DNA of 64,000 nucleotides from an uncultured bacterium (GTDB lineage: Bacteria > Caldisericota > JANLFM01): the NCBI GenBank assembly GCA_964614945.1, contig CAZTNW010000001.1:30573-94572 (forward strand), read 5' to 3'. Shown piece by piece: positions 52,325-61,004 of the stretch. The position numbers were made by a program, and so were the translations under genes. The first letter of the stretch is position 1. Each line of letters opens with the position of its first letter. The notes under the pieces are model-generated. The model did not search any database. It had not been told where the DNA came from and was given only the letters and a program-made list of their open reading frames with translations.

Positions 52325-53683
52325 GTGGGATACGTAGAGACTGTATTCGAAGAGGTTCAGAGAAGAAATCAAAATGAGCCGGAATTTTTGCAAGCAGTGC
52401 GTGAAGTCTTTGAATCCGTCAAGCCTGTTTTTGAGAAGTACCCGCATTTTAGCGAGGCCCGTATTTTGGAGAGGATTGTTGAGCCAGAGAGAGTGGTGAT
52501 TTTCCGGGTTCCCTGGATAGACGACAGAGGGCAATTTCGTGTAAATCGTGGATATCGGATTGAAATGAACAGCGCGATTGGCCCCTACAAAGGCGGCGTT
52601 CGCTTTCATCCCTCAGTCAATTTGAGTATTCTTAAATTCCTTGCTTTTGAGCAGGTTTTCAAAAATAGCCTCACCACTCTTTCCATGGGCGGAGGCAAGG
52701 GCGGATCTGATTTTGATCCGAAAGGCAAGACCGAAAATGAGGTGATGAATTTTTGCCAGAGCTTCATGCTCGAATTGCAGCGGCACATCGGTCCAAACAC
52801 GGATGTGCCCGCAGGGGATATCGGGGTAGGCGCACGCGAGATCGGCTTTATGTTCGGGCAATACAAGCGCATCCGCAATGAATTCACCGGCGTGCTTACG
52901 GGAAAAGGCCTTAATTGGGGAGGTTCTCTTATCAGGCCCGAAGCCACCGGGTACGGCTGTGTATACTTTGCTTTCGAGATGTTGAAGACGACAGGCGAAG
53001 ATTTGCAGGGAAAGGTCTGTCTGGTATCCGGCAGCGGAAACGTCGCCCAGCATACCGTTCAGAAACTGCTGGACCTCGGCGCCAAGCCTGTGAGCCTCTC
53101 TGATTCGGATGGTTTCATCTACGACCCGGAAGGGATAGATCGCGAGAAGTTGGCCTGGGTGATGGAATTGAAGAATTTACGCCGGGGAAGGATTCGGGAG
53201 TACCAGGATCAGTTCAAGGGAGCAAGGTATACCGCTGCTGACACCGTTTTACCTTACAATCCTCTCTGGGCAATTCCCTGCGATTGTGCTTTCCCGAGCG
53301 CAACGCAGAATGAAATAAACGGGAAAGATGCGGAAAACCTTTTACAGGGTGGGTGCAAGTTAGTGGCAGAGGGCGCTAACATGCCTACCAATCCTGAAGG
53401 GGTGGAAAAGTTCCTTGCCGCCAGGATCCATTATGGTCCGGCCAAAGCAGCTAACGCCGGTGGAGTTGCCACCTCCGGCCTCGAGATGTCGCAAAACAGT
53501 ATGAGGCTTAACTGGCCGCGCGAAGAGGTGGATAGGCGCCTGCGCGATATCATGATCGCCATCCATAAGAACTGTTTTGAGACCGCGAAGCTCTTCGGGG
53601 TCCCGGGGAACTACGTGATTGGGGCGAATATTGCCGGCTTCCTCAAAGTAGCTAACGCCATGCTTGATCAAGGATTAGTGTAG
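52325..53683 (+). CDS. gdhA: glutamate dehydrogenase (NADP-type, GdhA-like)
   Basis: It has the GDH signature KGGVRFHP...MGGGKGGSDFDPKG. The GTG start follows AGGAGGGG. Confidence 0.9.
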   Translation: MGYVETVFEEVQRRNQNEPEFLQAVREVFESVKPVFEKYPHFSEARILERIVEPERVVIFRVPWIDDRGQFRVNRGYRIEMNSAIGPYKGGVRFHPSVNLSILKFLAFEQVFKNSLTTLSMGGGKGGSDFDPKGKTENEVMNFCQSFMLELQRHIGPNTDVPAGDIGVGAREIGFMFGQYKRIRNEFTGVLTGKGLNWGGSLIRPEATGYGCVYFAFEMLKTTGEDLQGKVCLVSGSGNVAQHTVQKLLDLGAKPVSLSDSDGFIYDPEGIDREKLAWVMELKNLRRGRIREYQDQFKGARYTAADTVLPYNPLWAIPCDCAFPSATQNEINGKDAENLLQGGCKLVAEGANMPTNPEGVEKFLAARIHYGPAKAANAGGVATSGLEMSQNSMRLNWPREEVDRRLRDIMIAIHKNCFETAKLFGVPGNYVIGANIAGFLKVANAMLDQGLV

Positions 53684-56002
53684 GGATAGCGGGCGGTTAA
53701 GGGCCTTCTCGAAAAAACCTACTGCCCGGTCGGTATCTCCGTCCATAATGACCGAGAGGTTGGAATTTTCTACGACCTTGGGAACATGGATAACCCTGAT
53801 CGTCGAGTCCGATTTATGCGCAGCGGCGGTAAAACGTCGCAGACTGTTATGGGCGTTACGGAAAAAACTTTCATTGAAGACAATTCCGCTATCGTCCGGA
53901 TAGAGGGGCAAATAGCGGATCCCTGCCTCCACCAAATCCTGGAAGAAATGCGTACCGAAGGATAACTCGGGCACGTAGTCTTTCTTCTTCCGAGCTACCT
54001 CGATAAGCATTGCCGTATTGTTGATGTCGCTGTAGCCAACCCGGACACCCAACTTTATATCCCTACTTCCCCAGCGCCCCGGACCGATCAAAATGAATTT
54101 CTGCCGGGGCAATCTGGCGTTCAGCTCGCTTATTGATCGTCCTACCTGGATTAAATCCGAGAGCGTGGAGAGCCGATCGTACTCTTCCGGATCCACATAG
54201 ACGATAAATTCGATCCCCTTTACCTGTGCCGTGTTCACATAGCGGTTAGCGGTGAATAGGATGTCTTTCCTCGGAATGTTTTCCGGAATCGAGACCCTTA
54301 TTGTGCCGCCGACCTGGCTTTGCGGCCGGCACTGTAGCAGGTAGAGCTTGTGGATATCCCCGTCACAAGCGAATTCGATATCCACCGGGAAGCCGAGGGT
54401 CTCCTCCAGAATACCAAATATATCTTTGATCATCGGGATAAAAGGGGCCCCGCCGGAAAGGAGACGAGCAAAGGTTACTACGGGTTTGCCTTCCGATAAC
54501 CTGATTACCGTGCCAGTTGGCGGGATAAGCTGGCCGTCGTGATAGATGGAGATGATCTGGGAAAGGGCGGGGAATTCAGAACCTACCCTCTCGATTACTC
54601 TCTCCACCGGAAGGGTCTCCAACCTTCTTGTCTCCAGATTGATGACATCCATGTTCTTCTGCGAGTACCAGAGGGTCTCCTCCGGGGTTACGTTTACTCT
54701 CAGGCCGGGCTGGCCGGGACTGACCAATACGGGATAATCATCTCCTACCCGGTCCACTGCCCGAGTGCCGAGTCCGGTAACCATGCGGATGATCCCATCC
54801 TTCTTCTTTATGCGGGGAGACCAGCGGAATTCGTTACAAGAGAAGGCCACTCCGGCGAAGGCTGGGAAAAAGTAGTTCCCTGCCCGCCGGCCGACTGCCT
54901 CCTGGATCATGATGGCCATCTCCTCGTTGAAATCCAATAGCCCTCGCTCTCTGCGGTATTCGATCGGGTCGGGGGAGAAAACGCTGGCGTAAATTTCCAA
55001 AATGGCATCAACTAAGGCGCTCAATCTTTCTTTTTTGCTCCCCTGATTGGCGAGAAAGAGGCTTTTGTATTTTCCGGCGAAAGATGAGCCGAAGGTATCC
55101 TCGAGCAGGCTGGACGATCGGACGATCAACGGTCTCTCGCCGAAGTCATCCAGCACGAGGTTCAGGCCGGCGATTATACCGGGCGATAGCTGCGAGTTCT
55201 TGAAGATTTGCTCCAAATAGGGATATTCCTGTCGGATCTCCCCCGGATCTCGGTATTTGATGATCGGCATTTCCTCTAAGGCGTTAAAATGCAGGAAGTC
55301 CATGATCGCATCCGAGGCCAGATACCATGTCTTCGGGACCGTCAGATTCCGCAAGGAGATCGTTTCTTTCTTGGTCAGCAGAATTTTTTCCGCCCGAAAT
55401 AAACCCGCTGCTTTTCCTCCGAGCTTTCCGTTTCCCGAACCGGGGCCGATCGTCTGAGCGAGGATGGTGGCAAAATCCAGGACGGAGACATACTTCTTCG
55501 TCACGTTCAGGTAATCCAGGTCATCGCTGAAGAAACGCCGAATCAGGGCTACCTTGGTGCTGATGGCTTCCTCGGGAGAAAGGTTTTTTTGTGCATCCGG
55601 CATCTGCGCGAAGCGGCGCACGGCGTTGGAAATTTCCGCGAGAGAGACATCTCTTTTTTCCGTGGCCATCGTGAGGAATCGAGCCTGTTCATTTTTGAGC
55701 CAGATCCCCACCATCGTGTTGATTATTTCAAGGGATAGCTCTTTGGCCGCAATCTGAAAGACCTCTTCGATGAATCGATCAAGTACCAACGGGTCTAACC
55801 GCTGAATCGGTTCGTTCTCGCCGACAGGGTGTAAGAGTTGATCAGTTGTCGAACTGAGGCGTCTCATGAGGTCCTGAGCGGAGGAGATATTGCACTTGAA
55901 GAGGTAATTCATCATCTTGCGCCCAATCCGATCGAGGAGATTCGGGTTGGTGTCGCGCAAGAGATCGACAATCACCTTCCACTCAGGTTTCGGCTTACTC
56001 AA
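53675..56002 (-). CDS. PEP-synthase/PPDK-like ATP-grasp (PPDK_N) domain protein with a C-terminal swivel-like domain; lacks the PEP/pyruvate TIM-barrel domain
   Basis: At 775 aa it has GKAAGL and the motif IVRSSSLLEDTFGSSFAGKYKSLFL (compare VAVRSSATxEDLPxASFAGQQ of PEP synthase), plus ...DIEFACDGDIHKLYLLQCRPQ. The C-terminal domain carries GPGRWGS...GTHFFQDL. It overlaps the downstream paralogue by 4 nt. Confidence 0.65.
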   Translation of the reverse strand: MSKPKPEWKVIVDLLRDTNPNLLDRIGRKMMNYLFKCNISSAQDLMRRLSSTTDQLLHPVGENEPIQRLDPLVLDRFIEEVFQIAAKELSLEIINTMVGIWLKNEQARFLTMATEKRDVSLAEISNAVRRFAQMPDAQKNLSPEEAISTKVALIRRFFSDDLDYLNVTKKYVSVLDFATILAQTIGPGSGNGKLGGKAAGLFRAEKILLTKKETISLRNLTVPKTWYLASDAIMDFLHFNALEEMPIIKYRDPGEIRQEYPYLEQIFKNSQLSPGIIAGLNLVLDDFGERPLIVRSSSLLEDTFGSSFAGKYKSLFLANQGSKKERLSALVDAILEIYASVFSPDPIEYRRERGLLDFNEEMAIMIQEAVGRRAGNYFFPAFAGVAFSCNEFRWSPRIKKKDGIIRMVTGLGTRAVDRVGDDYPVLVSPGQPGLRVNVTPEETLWYSQKNMDVINLETRRLETLPVERVIERVGSEFPALSQIISIYHDGQLIPPTGTVIRLSEGKPVVTFARLLSGGAPFIPMIKDIFGILEETLGFPVDIEFACDGDIHKLYLLQCRPQSQVGGTIRVSIPENIPRKDILFTANRYVNTAQVKGIEFIVYVDPEEYDRLSTLSDLIQVGRSISELNARLPRQKFILIGPGRWGSRDIKLGVRVGYSDINNTAMLIEVARKKKDYVPELSFGTHFFQDLVEAGIRYLPLYPDDSGIVFNESFFRNAHNSLRRFTAAAHKSDSTIRVIHVPKVVENSNLSVIMDGDTDRAVGFFEKALNRPLSLH

Positions 56003-58971
56003 GCTCCTGCTCCTTCTGATTTATCAGACCTCAGGACGATCCCCCGTCCGGTACGTCCATCCATCTTGACGATGAAGCCCTCAGAAGATTTTACCACCCT
56101 TAAGTGGTCCGTTTCCTTGAGAGAGGGTTGGGTTTCTAACCAATTCCAATCTAAACCGGATTTTTCATTGTGCGCGCTGACAGTGAAATAGCCGATGCGC
56201 AAAGAAGTCAGGTTCTGGAAAAAGTGCGAACCTTGAGAAGGATCTGGATGCATCCCGGGTAAATCAACTTCCACGATTACTCTGGCCTGACTGATCTGGT
56301 TCCATTTAACCGGAATGCCCAGCCAGGGATCGGAAGAACCCCAGCGCCCCGGACCAATAAGGATAGAGCTGTCGCCTTCTTTTTTCAGCCAATCATTGAG
56401 CAGGCCGATTTCTTGAGCGATTTGGGCGTTATCCTTCGGGTGGAAACTCTGCAGCTTTACGTAGATCAGGTGGTGTATGGGCGGCAGAACTCCGTTCCCC
56501 AATACATGGTCGCTGAAAATGAGAGCGTCTTTCACCGTCTCGGTTAGATCCATACTGACGAGCTCATCGCCGACGACCAGAGGACGGATCTGAAGAAAGC
56601 CGAAATTCACCGGAAACGACTTTTGGTCGTTCCATGAGATGGCAAATTCAATCTCTACAGGATTCCCCATCGCCTGCTTTGCCGTATCCAGCAGATTTAA
56701 AAGAAGGGGAGAGAGGGGGAACGCCTCGCGCTTGAGAATGGGAGCAAAGGTTAAAATCCTCGGACCAGGGGCGGCGATTCCGTCAAGGACTCTTTCATCT
56801 TCCCGGTTATAGGTGGAGGCGATCCAGTCCAGAACCCCGTCCAACTCCGCTTCCTTGAGGTCCAGTTTCACCAGGTATTGATCCTCCTCTGAGAAAGCGG
56901 AGGAGTAACCGGGATGCATATCTATGGCGTAATATTCCCGCTGGGAGTATTTCAGCGTACTGGCAGAGGAGTTGAATTGAGGCAAGATCTGTGGGTAACG
57001 GGGAGAAAACCTCAGGGATACTCCGCCCTCCACGATTGTTTTCCCCAATCCCAGGGCTATATAAGCTACTCCATCTTCTGGTGTGGCGTGACCGAACGGG
57101 TAAAAATTGTATGAACGTGCCACGCCGGAGAGGTGGGGGTAAAATCGCCATCCATGTCTTTCGCCCACAACCTCCTGCACGATGACGGCCATTTTCTCCT
57201 CCTCCGGCAGATGGTGGGTCGATTCTATATAAGTCCGGGCCCGGTGAAAAAAAGTAGAGGCATAGACCAGCTTGATAGCGTTGGTCAGACTGAGGAAACG
57301 CGCATCGGCATCCGGTTCATTATTGGGAATCATTTTGGTGATATAGATGCCGGCGAAGGGCTGATAAAGAGCGTCCTCAAGCAGGCTGGAGGAGCGGACA
57401 GCGAGAGGGAAACGCTCCTCCAGGATGAAATGACGTAGATCCCCGACCAGGGTAGGGGAGAGTTCCGCACCCAGGAATGCACCAGCTATTCTGATGTCGG
57501 ATTTCTCCTCCAAAGCAAACTTAAGAAGTCTGTTTCTCTGAAGAAAATCCTCGAAAATCTCAGTGGAAAGGATTAGTGCTCTCGGTATGCCCACTTCTAC
57601 TTCGGGAAATGTGGTGGGGGAGAAGTTGGAGGCAAGGATCTTGTCCATGAAAGCCAATCCGCGAGCTTTTCCTCCCATCGAGCCCTCTCCAATTCTGCAG
57701 AAATGCCAGGTCTCTATGGGAACGCGGCGGGAAAAAGGGACAACGTTTCCCCTCTGCCTCTTTTGCCTCCAGCTATCGAGCACTTCCTTGATTTCGCGGC
57801 GAATATCTCCTTTTATTTCTCGGGAGGAGAGTTCCTTGGCCAGGCCCAATTCCGTGCGAGCCCAAAGCCAGCGAGTGATATCACCGTTCCGGAACTGGCG
57901 CTCAATAACGCCGGGGGGCAGACTCTCGATAATCGAACTCATGACCTCCAAATTGGGCACCCGGGCTATCTCATGCTGGTCATGATCACGGAATACGAGG
58001 TCCCCGAAGCCGAAGAACTCAAGAAGAAGCAGACGGAAGTCCTCGATCAAGGTTGGGGAGTGTTTATGCAAAAAGCCGGCATTCAGACTGCTTGCGTAGG
58101 CTCTTGTCCTCAGCTCGCTCGATTGCAGCAGGATGGGGAGATGTGGAAGCTCCTCCCTGGCTGAACGAGCAAACTCCAGTCCAGCTAAATTATCCACCTC
58201 TTTGCCCCTGGAAAAGCTGACGTCTGTTATCAGGCCGAGTAAGTGAGATTTAAATTTCTGAAAGATCTGCAGCCCCTCTTCGTAGTCCGTTGCCAGGTGT
58301 ACGCGAGGCCTGCCTCTTTGCCTCAGCAGTCTCTCAGTGAAACTCAGATTCTCCTTAAGAAGCCCATGGGTTAATTTCAAAAGCTCGTCAAAAAGAAAGG
58401 TAAGATAGGCGGAATAGAACTGCACCGAATCCTCGATGACTAGGAGATTGGGCACGCCTATCAGCTCCGTGTCATAGGCAGCGTTTCTTCGGTCCTCGAT
58501 GAACTGGATGATGCCGACAAGGATTTTGCCGTCTCCCTGCCAGAGAAAGATTTTATCGACCGACTTTCCGTCATTTGCCTCAAGAAGGCGCTCCAGCTCA
58601 GGAGTCTGAAAAGCCAGAATTACTACGGGAAGGCCCGGAGAAATTTGCTTTGCTTGCGACCCGAAGGCGAAAGGGTTTATCTCGCCGACCCTCTGCATCG
58701 CTATAACGAGATCGAATCCTTCCCTCTTTATTTCCTCAAGAGCCGTTTCTGCATCCGGCGTCCTGTGGATAACCGGCACATAGCCCAGATTTTTCTCCTG
58801 ATAAGCCTGGTTTAAAAGATCGATCAGGCGACCATCCTCTTCCAGAATAAAGGCGTCATACAGGCTGGCCACAAGGAGAACCTTGCGCACCTTGAAGGGC
58901 ATTAACCTCTGTAGCAGGATTGTTTGGTCATCGGAAAACAACCATTCCCTGTCTGAGTAATTCTTCTCCAT
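55999..58971 (-). CDS. response-regulator receiver fused to a PEP-synthase-like ATP-grasp (PPDK_N) and swivel-like domain
   Basis: At 990 aa it has an N-terminal pseudo-receiver (KVLLVAS...FDLVIAMQ, lacking the acidic pocket and the phospho-Asp). A canonical receiver follows (LLVIEDS...LITDVSF...PILLQSS...FLHKHSP). Then come PPDK_N motifs (GGKARGLAFM, AVRSSSLLEDALYQPFAGIYI, FGFLQIRP) and a C-terminal GPGRWGS...GSHFFQNL. Confidence 0.65.
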   Translation of the reverse strand: MEKNYSDREWLFSDDQTILLQRLMPFKVRKVLLVASLYDAFILEEDGRLIDLLNQAYQEKNLGYVPVIHRTPDAETALEEIKREGFDLVIAMQRVGEINPFAFGSQAKQISPGLPVVILAFQTPELERLLEANDGKSVDKIFLWQGDGKILVGIIQFIEDRRNAAYDTELIGVPNLLVIEDSVQFYSAYLTFLFDELLKLTHGLLKENLSFTERLLRQRGRPRVHLATDYEEGLQIFQKFKSHLLGLITDVSFSRGKEVDNLAGLEFARSAREELPHLPILLQSSELRTRAYASSLNAGFLHKHSPTLIEDFRLLLLEFFGFGDLVFRDHDQHEIARVPNLEVMSSIIESLPPGVIERQFRNGDITRWLWARTELGLAKELSSREIKGDIRREIKEVLDSWRQKRQRGNVVPFSRRVPIETWHFCRIGEGSMGGKARGLAFMDKILASNFSPTTFPEVEVGIPRALILSTEIFEDFLQRNRLLKFALEEKSDIRIAGAFLGAELSPTLVGDLRHFILEERFPLAVRSSSLLEDALYQPFAGIYITKMIPNNEPDADARFLSLTNAIKLVYASTFFHRARTYIESTHHLPEEEKMAVIVQEVVGERHGWRFYPHLSGVARSYNFYPFGHATPEDGVAYIALGLGKTIVEGGVSLRFSPRYPQILPQFNSSASTLKYSQREYYAIDMHPGYSSAFSEEDQYLVKLDLKEAELDGVLDWIASTYNREDERVLDGIAAPGPRILTFAPILKREAFPLSPLLLNLLDTAKQAMGNPVEIEFAISWNDQKSFPVNFGFLQIRPLVVGDELVSMDLTETVKDALIFSDHVLGNGVLPPIHHLIYVKLQSFHPKDNAQIAQEIGLLNDWLKKEGDSSILIGPGRWGSSDPWLGIPVKWNQISQARVIVEVDLPGMHPDPSQGSHFFQNLTSLRIGYFTVSAHNEKSGLDWNWLETQPSLKETDHLRVVKSSEGFIVKMDGRTGRGIVLRSDKSEGAGA

Positions 58972-58992
58972 ATCTTTATGATACCAAGCTCT

Positions 58993-59027
58993 AAAAAGAA
59001 AAAGCGCGGAGGGAATCCGCGCTTTTT
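58993..59027 (-). terminator. intrinsic terminator (bidirectional in form) after the minus-strand gdh gene
   Basis: The hairpin GCGCGGAGGGAAUCCGCGC is flanked by an A-run upstream and a T-run downstream. It lies only 21 nt from the start of the 990-aa gene. Confidence 0.6.
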
Positions 59028-59052
59028 CTTTAGTCCGCGCTTATCAGGTTGG

Positions 59053-60339
59053 TTATATCCAACCCCTCATCTTACAGGCTTCGGCGACTCGCTGAATGGC
59101 GATCATGTAAGCAGCATCACGCACATAGACTTTCTCTTCACGGGCCAGGGCGGAAACCTTCAAGTAGGCGTCAGTCATTTTTGTATCCAGTTTAGCCAGA
59201 GCCTCATCCTTTGTCCAGAAGTAGTTCATGTTGCACTGGACTTGTTCGAAATAACTACACGTCACTCCGCCGGCATTAGCGAGAAAATCCGGGACCACGA
59301 AAATGCCCTTCTCCTTGAGGATTTTGTCCGCTTCGGGAGTGGTGGGACCATTGGCACCCTCCACCATCAGGCGGACGGAATTGGAAATGCGTGCAGCTGT
59401 ATCTCCGGTCACCTGATTCTCTAAGGCCGCAGGAACCAGAATCTCCGCCTCCTGCTCGATCCAGGCCTCTCCTTCGAGGATTTCATAGCCGCATTCCGAG
59501 GCCTTCTTCTTTTGAATGCCGCCGAAAGGGTCTGTAAAAGAGCACAGCTCTTCCAAATTTATCCCGTTCTTCTTGCGGAAAGTATAGGATCTCTGCTCCT
59601 CTTGATCCCAGCAGGATACACAGATGGGTGTTCCACCGTACTCGCTGTATAATTTCACCGCGTGTTGAGCGACATTGCCGAACCCCTGGAAGGCTGCCCT
59701 GGTTTTTTTAATATCGATTCCCAGCTCACGCAAGGCTTCACGCATGACATAAACAACGCCATAGCCCGTGGCCTCCTTCCTGCCCAGTGATCCCCCTACG
59801 CCAAGAGGCTTACCGGTGATGACTCCCGGATAATGACCCCTAAAGATATTCTCGTACTCATCCAGCATCCACACCATATGTTTACCGGAAGTCATTACGT
59901 CGGGAGCAGGAACATCCTGGATAGGGCCTATATTGGCGGCAATTTGGCGGATCCATCCGCGGCACAGGCCTTCTTGTTCTCTCTCGGAAAGATGGTGCGG
60001 ATCACAGATAATTCCGCCCTTCCCCCCTCCAAGAGGAATATCCACCACTGAACATTTCCAGGTCATCCACATGGCTAATGCTCGTACCGTATCGACGGTC
60101 TCCTGCGGGTGAAAGCGTATCCCGCCCTTGCATGGGCCGCGGGCGTCGTTATGCTGGACGCGGAATCCCTGGAAGATTTTGAAGCCCCCATCGTCCATAC
60201 GAACCGGGATTAGAAAATGGAATTCTCTCATTGGGTTTCGTAAAAGATCGCGGGTTGCTTGGTCCAACCCCAGCTTCTCGGCTACGCCATCAAATTGTTG
60301 CTGGGCCATTTTGAAGGCGTTGAAAGACTTGTCAGCCAT
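59053..60339 (-). CDS. gdh: Glu/Leu/Phe/Val dehydrogenase family protein (glutamate dehydrogenase, second copy)
   Basis: It has KGGIRFHP...PLGGGKGG and a Rossmann fold. The preferred start is MADKSF, which follows AAGGAG. Confidence 0.85.
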   Translation of the reverse strand: MADKSFNAFKMAQQQFDGVAEKLGLDQATRDLLRNPMREFHFLIPVRMDDGGFKIFQGFRVQHNDARGPCKGGIRFHPQETVDTVRALAMWMTWKCSVVDIPLGGGKGGIICDPHHLSEREQEGLCRGWIRQIAANIGPIQDVPAPDVMTSGKHMVWMLDEYENIFRGHYPGVITGKPLGVGGSLGRKEATGYGVVYVMREALRELGIDIKKTRAAFQGFGNVAQHAVKLYSEYGGTPICVSCWDQEEQRSYTFRKKNGINLEELCSFTDPFGGIQKKKASECGYEILEGEAWIEQEAEILVPAALENQVTGDTAARISNSVRLMVEGANGPTTPEADKILKEKGIFVVPDFLANAGGVTCSYFEQVQCNMNYFWTKDEALAKLDTKMTDAYLKVSALAREEKVYVRDAAYMIAIQRVAEACKMRGWI

Positions 60340-60491
60340 AACTATCTCCTTCGCCGAACTTGATGTGTTTTTAGAACAAAAAGAGGAATGGAATACTTCC
60401 ATTGCCCCTTACTTAATTGTATGATATCCGAAGGCATTGTCAAGGAATTCTCCTACTCTGCTTTACTTGGTTTTGCGCTCCTCTGCCTGGG

Positions 60492-60521
60492 TTTACAAAA
60501 TGAAGTTAATTCTTGTAATAT
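60492..60521 (+). promoter_or_regulatory. putative sigma-70 promoter of the tRNA operon
   Basis: A TTTACA (60492-60497) is followed by an 18-nt spacer and a TAATAT (60516-60521), ending 8 nt before the tRNA-Asp 5' end. Confidence 0.45.
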
Positions 60522-60529
60522 ATGCGCGC

Positions 60530-60606
60530 GGGGTCGTGGTGTAGCGGTCTAACATGCAGGCCTGTCACGCCTGAGATCGCGGGTTCAATTCCCGTCGACC
60601 CCGCCA
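60530..60606 (+). tRNA. tRNA-Asp (GTC)
   Basis: The cloverleaf has an anticodon loop CUGUCAC, an acceptor GGGGUCG/CGACCCC and an encoded CCA. Confidence 0.85.
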
Positions 60607-60613
60607 CTTAAGC

Positions 60614-60689
60614 GCCGAGGTAGCTCAGTTGGTAGAGCAGTGGACTGAAAATCCTCGTGTCGGCAGTTCGATTCTGCCCCTCGGCACCA
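60614..60689 (+). tRNA. tRNA-Phe (GAA)
   Basis: The anticodon loop is CUGAAAA and the T-loop is UUCGAUU. The anticodon stem has one U-U mismatch. CCA is encoded. Confidence 0.8.
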
Positions 60690-60820
60690 TCTTTCCCTCA
60701 GGCCAAGCACCTCTATCCTGTTCATTATTGACCGGCTCTGAGCATTTCCTTAGAATAGGCTTGAGCGTCTCCCCCGCTGGACTGATTGTGTAAGTTCTCC
60801 AAGATGAAGGGGCATTTTGA

Positions 60821-60896
60821 GCGGGAATAGCTCAGTCGGTAGAGCATCAGCTTCCCAAGCTGAGGGTCGCGGGTTCGAGTCCCGTTTCCCGCTCCA
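60821..60896 (+). tRNA. tRNA-Gly (CCC)
   Basis: The anticodon loop is UUCCCAA, the acceptor is GCGGGAA/UUCCCGC and CCA is encoded. Confidence 0.85.
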
Positions 60897-60904
60897 AAGA
60901 GAGA

Positions 60905-60978
60905 GGCGACATGGCCAAGTGGCAAGGCAAGGGTCTGCAAAACCCTCACCCCCGGTTCGAATCCGGGTGTCGCCTCCA
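60905..60978 (+). tRNA. tRNA-Cys (GCA)
   Basis: The anticodon loop is CUGCAAA, the acceptor is GGCGACA/UGUCGCC and CCA is encoded. Confidence 0.85.
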
Positions 60979-61004
60979 TCCTTTCGGAAAGAAGGACAGC
61001 AGAC

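Noticed and set aside
58978-59424. A 148-aa plus-strand ORF at the 3' end of the gdh gene.
   Set aside because: It is antisense to a conserved GDH coding region and overlaps the terminator, with no homology.
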